A program made the position numbers and the translations under genes. Shown one piece after another: positions 62,201 to 64,000 of a stretch of 64,000 bases of DNA. Positions within the stretch are counted from its first letter, which is position 1. Each line of letters begins with the position of its first letter. The stretch lies in the NCBI GenBank assembly GCA_030704615.1, contig CM060734.1, forward strand, positions 11,160,001 to 11,224,000, in the 5' to 3' direction. The DNA comes from Takakia lepidozioides. Lineage: Eukaryota; Plantae; Bryophyta. The notes beneath the pieces were generated by a model. The model had not been told where the DNA came from, made no database searches, and saw nothing but the letters and a program-made list of their open reading frames with translations.

Positions 62201-63836
62201 GAGACCTCTCCACTTCCTTATGTATGCCTCCAATGACATTTGGGGAGGGGAAACAATCGCAATGTTCAGGTCCTTCAAAGTCTGATCCAGCACAATGACG
62301 GCGCGCTTTTCGAGCTGCAAATAGTATATTTGTCAGAATTGCAAAAAAGAAACACATCACATACTTGAAGAGAAGAAACAGCATGTTCGAATACACACCT
62401 GACTCCAAAATGTAGCCTTGTGGAGCCAGTTATCAAACACCAAATCACTGATTCCTTCCACCTTTGTGCCAGGCTGTATGGTGCTCTTTGGGAACTGATT
62501 CAAGTCCTTTACTGTTTGATCTGAGTTCCATATCTCCAGCCACCTTATTTTTGTTTGTGGGTCGACCATCGATATGGCCAGCCGGTGCAATTTCTCCTGC
62601 TGCATCTCCGGATGCACATGCTTGTCATAGTGTGTTTTGATCTGCTGAAGGAACTCAGGACCAAGTCCAGGATCTACTATTCTAAGCTGCTTTCCGAAGG
62701 CTGACATCAATTTGGTTCTTCGCATCTCAAACTCCTTCTTTATTGCAGCTTCCACACCCTTTGATGTCCTTAGTTCCTCTGGTGTAGTGCGGTAATATTC
62801 GGATTTTCCCTTCTCAGCTGCCTCTGCCAGTTCTTGCTGCATTCATTCAAGTAGTGATTAGCTCCGAAGGGACTCTAAACATGTATTCGAAAAGTAAACA
62901 GATTACAGACTCGGGCTTACCGCATACATGTACTCCAGAAACGCCTCTCGTGTCAAAGAATACCAAGTGCCTGCAGCTCTTCCTGTTTCGCACTTCTTGA
63001 TGATATTGGGTGGTAGTACTGTCCGAAAATCATCCAGCTTCATCAGACCAATCCTCTGAATTCGGAATAGTGTGTGAACCAAGCTTGTTGTCACATGCGA
63101 TTTCTCTGTCGATCTGCAAAAACATTGAAAACATTGCATTCCTTAACACTGTTTTTTGAGGATCAACAAGACACTACAGAGGGAATCAAATCTCCTGGAT
63201 GACTTACTTGTTCACGTCGTGCATAGCTGTAAGAAGCCTAGCGATGTCGTTTCCTGGATCCAAAACCATTGCCTCCACAGCAACATGCTTGTCTTTGTCT
63301 TTCGAATGGTGTTTCTGAATGTATCCCATCCATGCCAGCAATCGGTGGTTGCCGTCCCAGACGTAGAACATGTGGTTGCAAAATTGCTGGGTGTTCTTTC
63401 CCATCATGAGGCCCAGCTCGAACTCCTCATTGGCATCTTTCCAGCACTCATCCCAGTTATCACTGATCTCTGGAGAAACTAATGTGCTTTTCCCATTTAT
63501 ATCCGTCAGTGACACATAAAAAACTTGTGCACCAAGTCTATATCCATGCACAAAATCACTCTCCAATTTTGTTATGTCATGGGAAAGAGGTGGACGCACA
63601 ACAGGCATTGATATCATCCGGCACAGAGGTATGTCCAGACGCCCTCCAGATACGAGCATGTCCCTTATAACCTCCTGAGAGTTTACCTTCTGGAATGACA
63701 TGAGTTCTTTCACCTTGTCAAGGTAGTGCACTTCGGATTCATCTGCTTCATCTGTATTCTCTGAGCTTTTTGCGGACTCGTCCCCATCTCCAGATCCTTT
63801 CCCCTCTGATCCTGTAGGCTTCGACCTCACAGTTTT
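59269..63836 (-). CDS. ParB-domain plus beta-class (N6A/N4C) DNA methyltransferase-like protein, copy B; apparently intact, 5' exon(s) not identified
   Basis: Exons 63836-63208, 63113-62921, 62836-62399, 62314-62088, 61142-60491, 60377-60039, 59843-59558, 59462-59269, all GT-AG, 2958 nt in frame. Motifs: VWDGNHRLLAW (ParB/Srx), DIVILDIPDG (motif IV position), EKSPAFMQILLESCS...VVDLSVSTGATYHACKAGGRSLFGMEGD (motifs X, I, II). Confidence 0.85.
61284..62007. repeat. Intronic array of seven 22-bp type-B palindromes TGAATG(T/G)CGTCAACG(A/C)CATTCA
   Basis: Starts at 61284, 61390, 61551, 61659, 61754 (degenerate centre), 61865, 61986; another degenerate copy at 63880. Confidence 0.92.
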
Positions 63837-64000
63837 CTGCACGATGCCATTCAGTTCTGACTAAGTGATTTGCAAATAGTGAATGGCGGTAACGACAATC
63901 ACTCTGTATCAAGGAAACTCACCATGAATGGTGTGAAAGAATTCAGCACAATCTACACATGCAAAGCCGAGACTGCCGTATTCAAAACAAAAGTGAGAGC

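Overview
Eukaryotic, repeat-dense DNA, most likely from a non-seed land plant (GT-AG introns, a plant tRNA-Gly primer site, plant-type transposons). No ordinary host gene is evident. From 1 to ~31 kb it is a nest of decayed Ty3/gypsy LTR retrotransposons: one on the minus strand with a PHD finger after integrase, two LTR-PBS(tRNA-Gly)-gag-protease units, and a second family whose pol is followed by an uninterrupted extra ORF. A small MITE lies at 1.5-2.0 kb. From ~31.8 to 45 kb there is a 5.2-kb inversion carrying a CACTA end with a TnpA-like gene, and a foldback array of ~2-kb units with captured fragments (LINE tail, Ulp1-like piece, 66 bp of an ABCC Walker B). At 45.7-49.5 kb is a decayed Mutator-like transposase (GCM-like zinc domain, DDE, SWIM). 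At 53-64 kb are two convergent paralogues of a spliced, phage-like ParB-domain plus beta-class amino (N6A/N4C) DNA methyltransferase gene. The plus copy is a pseudogene; the minus copy splices cleanly into at least 985 codons over 8 exons. Each paralogue carries its own version of a 20-22 bp palindrome (shared core CGTCAACG) in its introns and upstream. The main candidate novel system is a transposon-borne ParB-methyltransferase with cognate parS-like sites.
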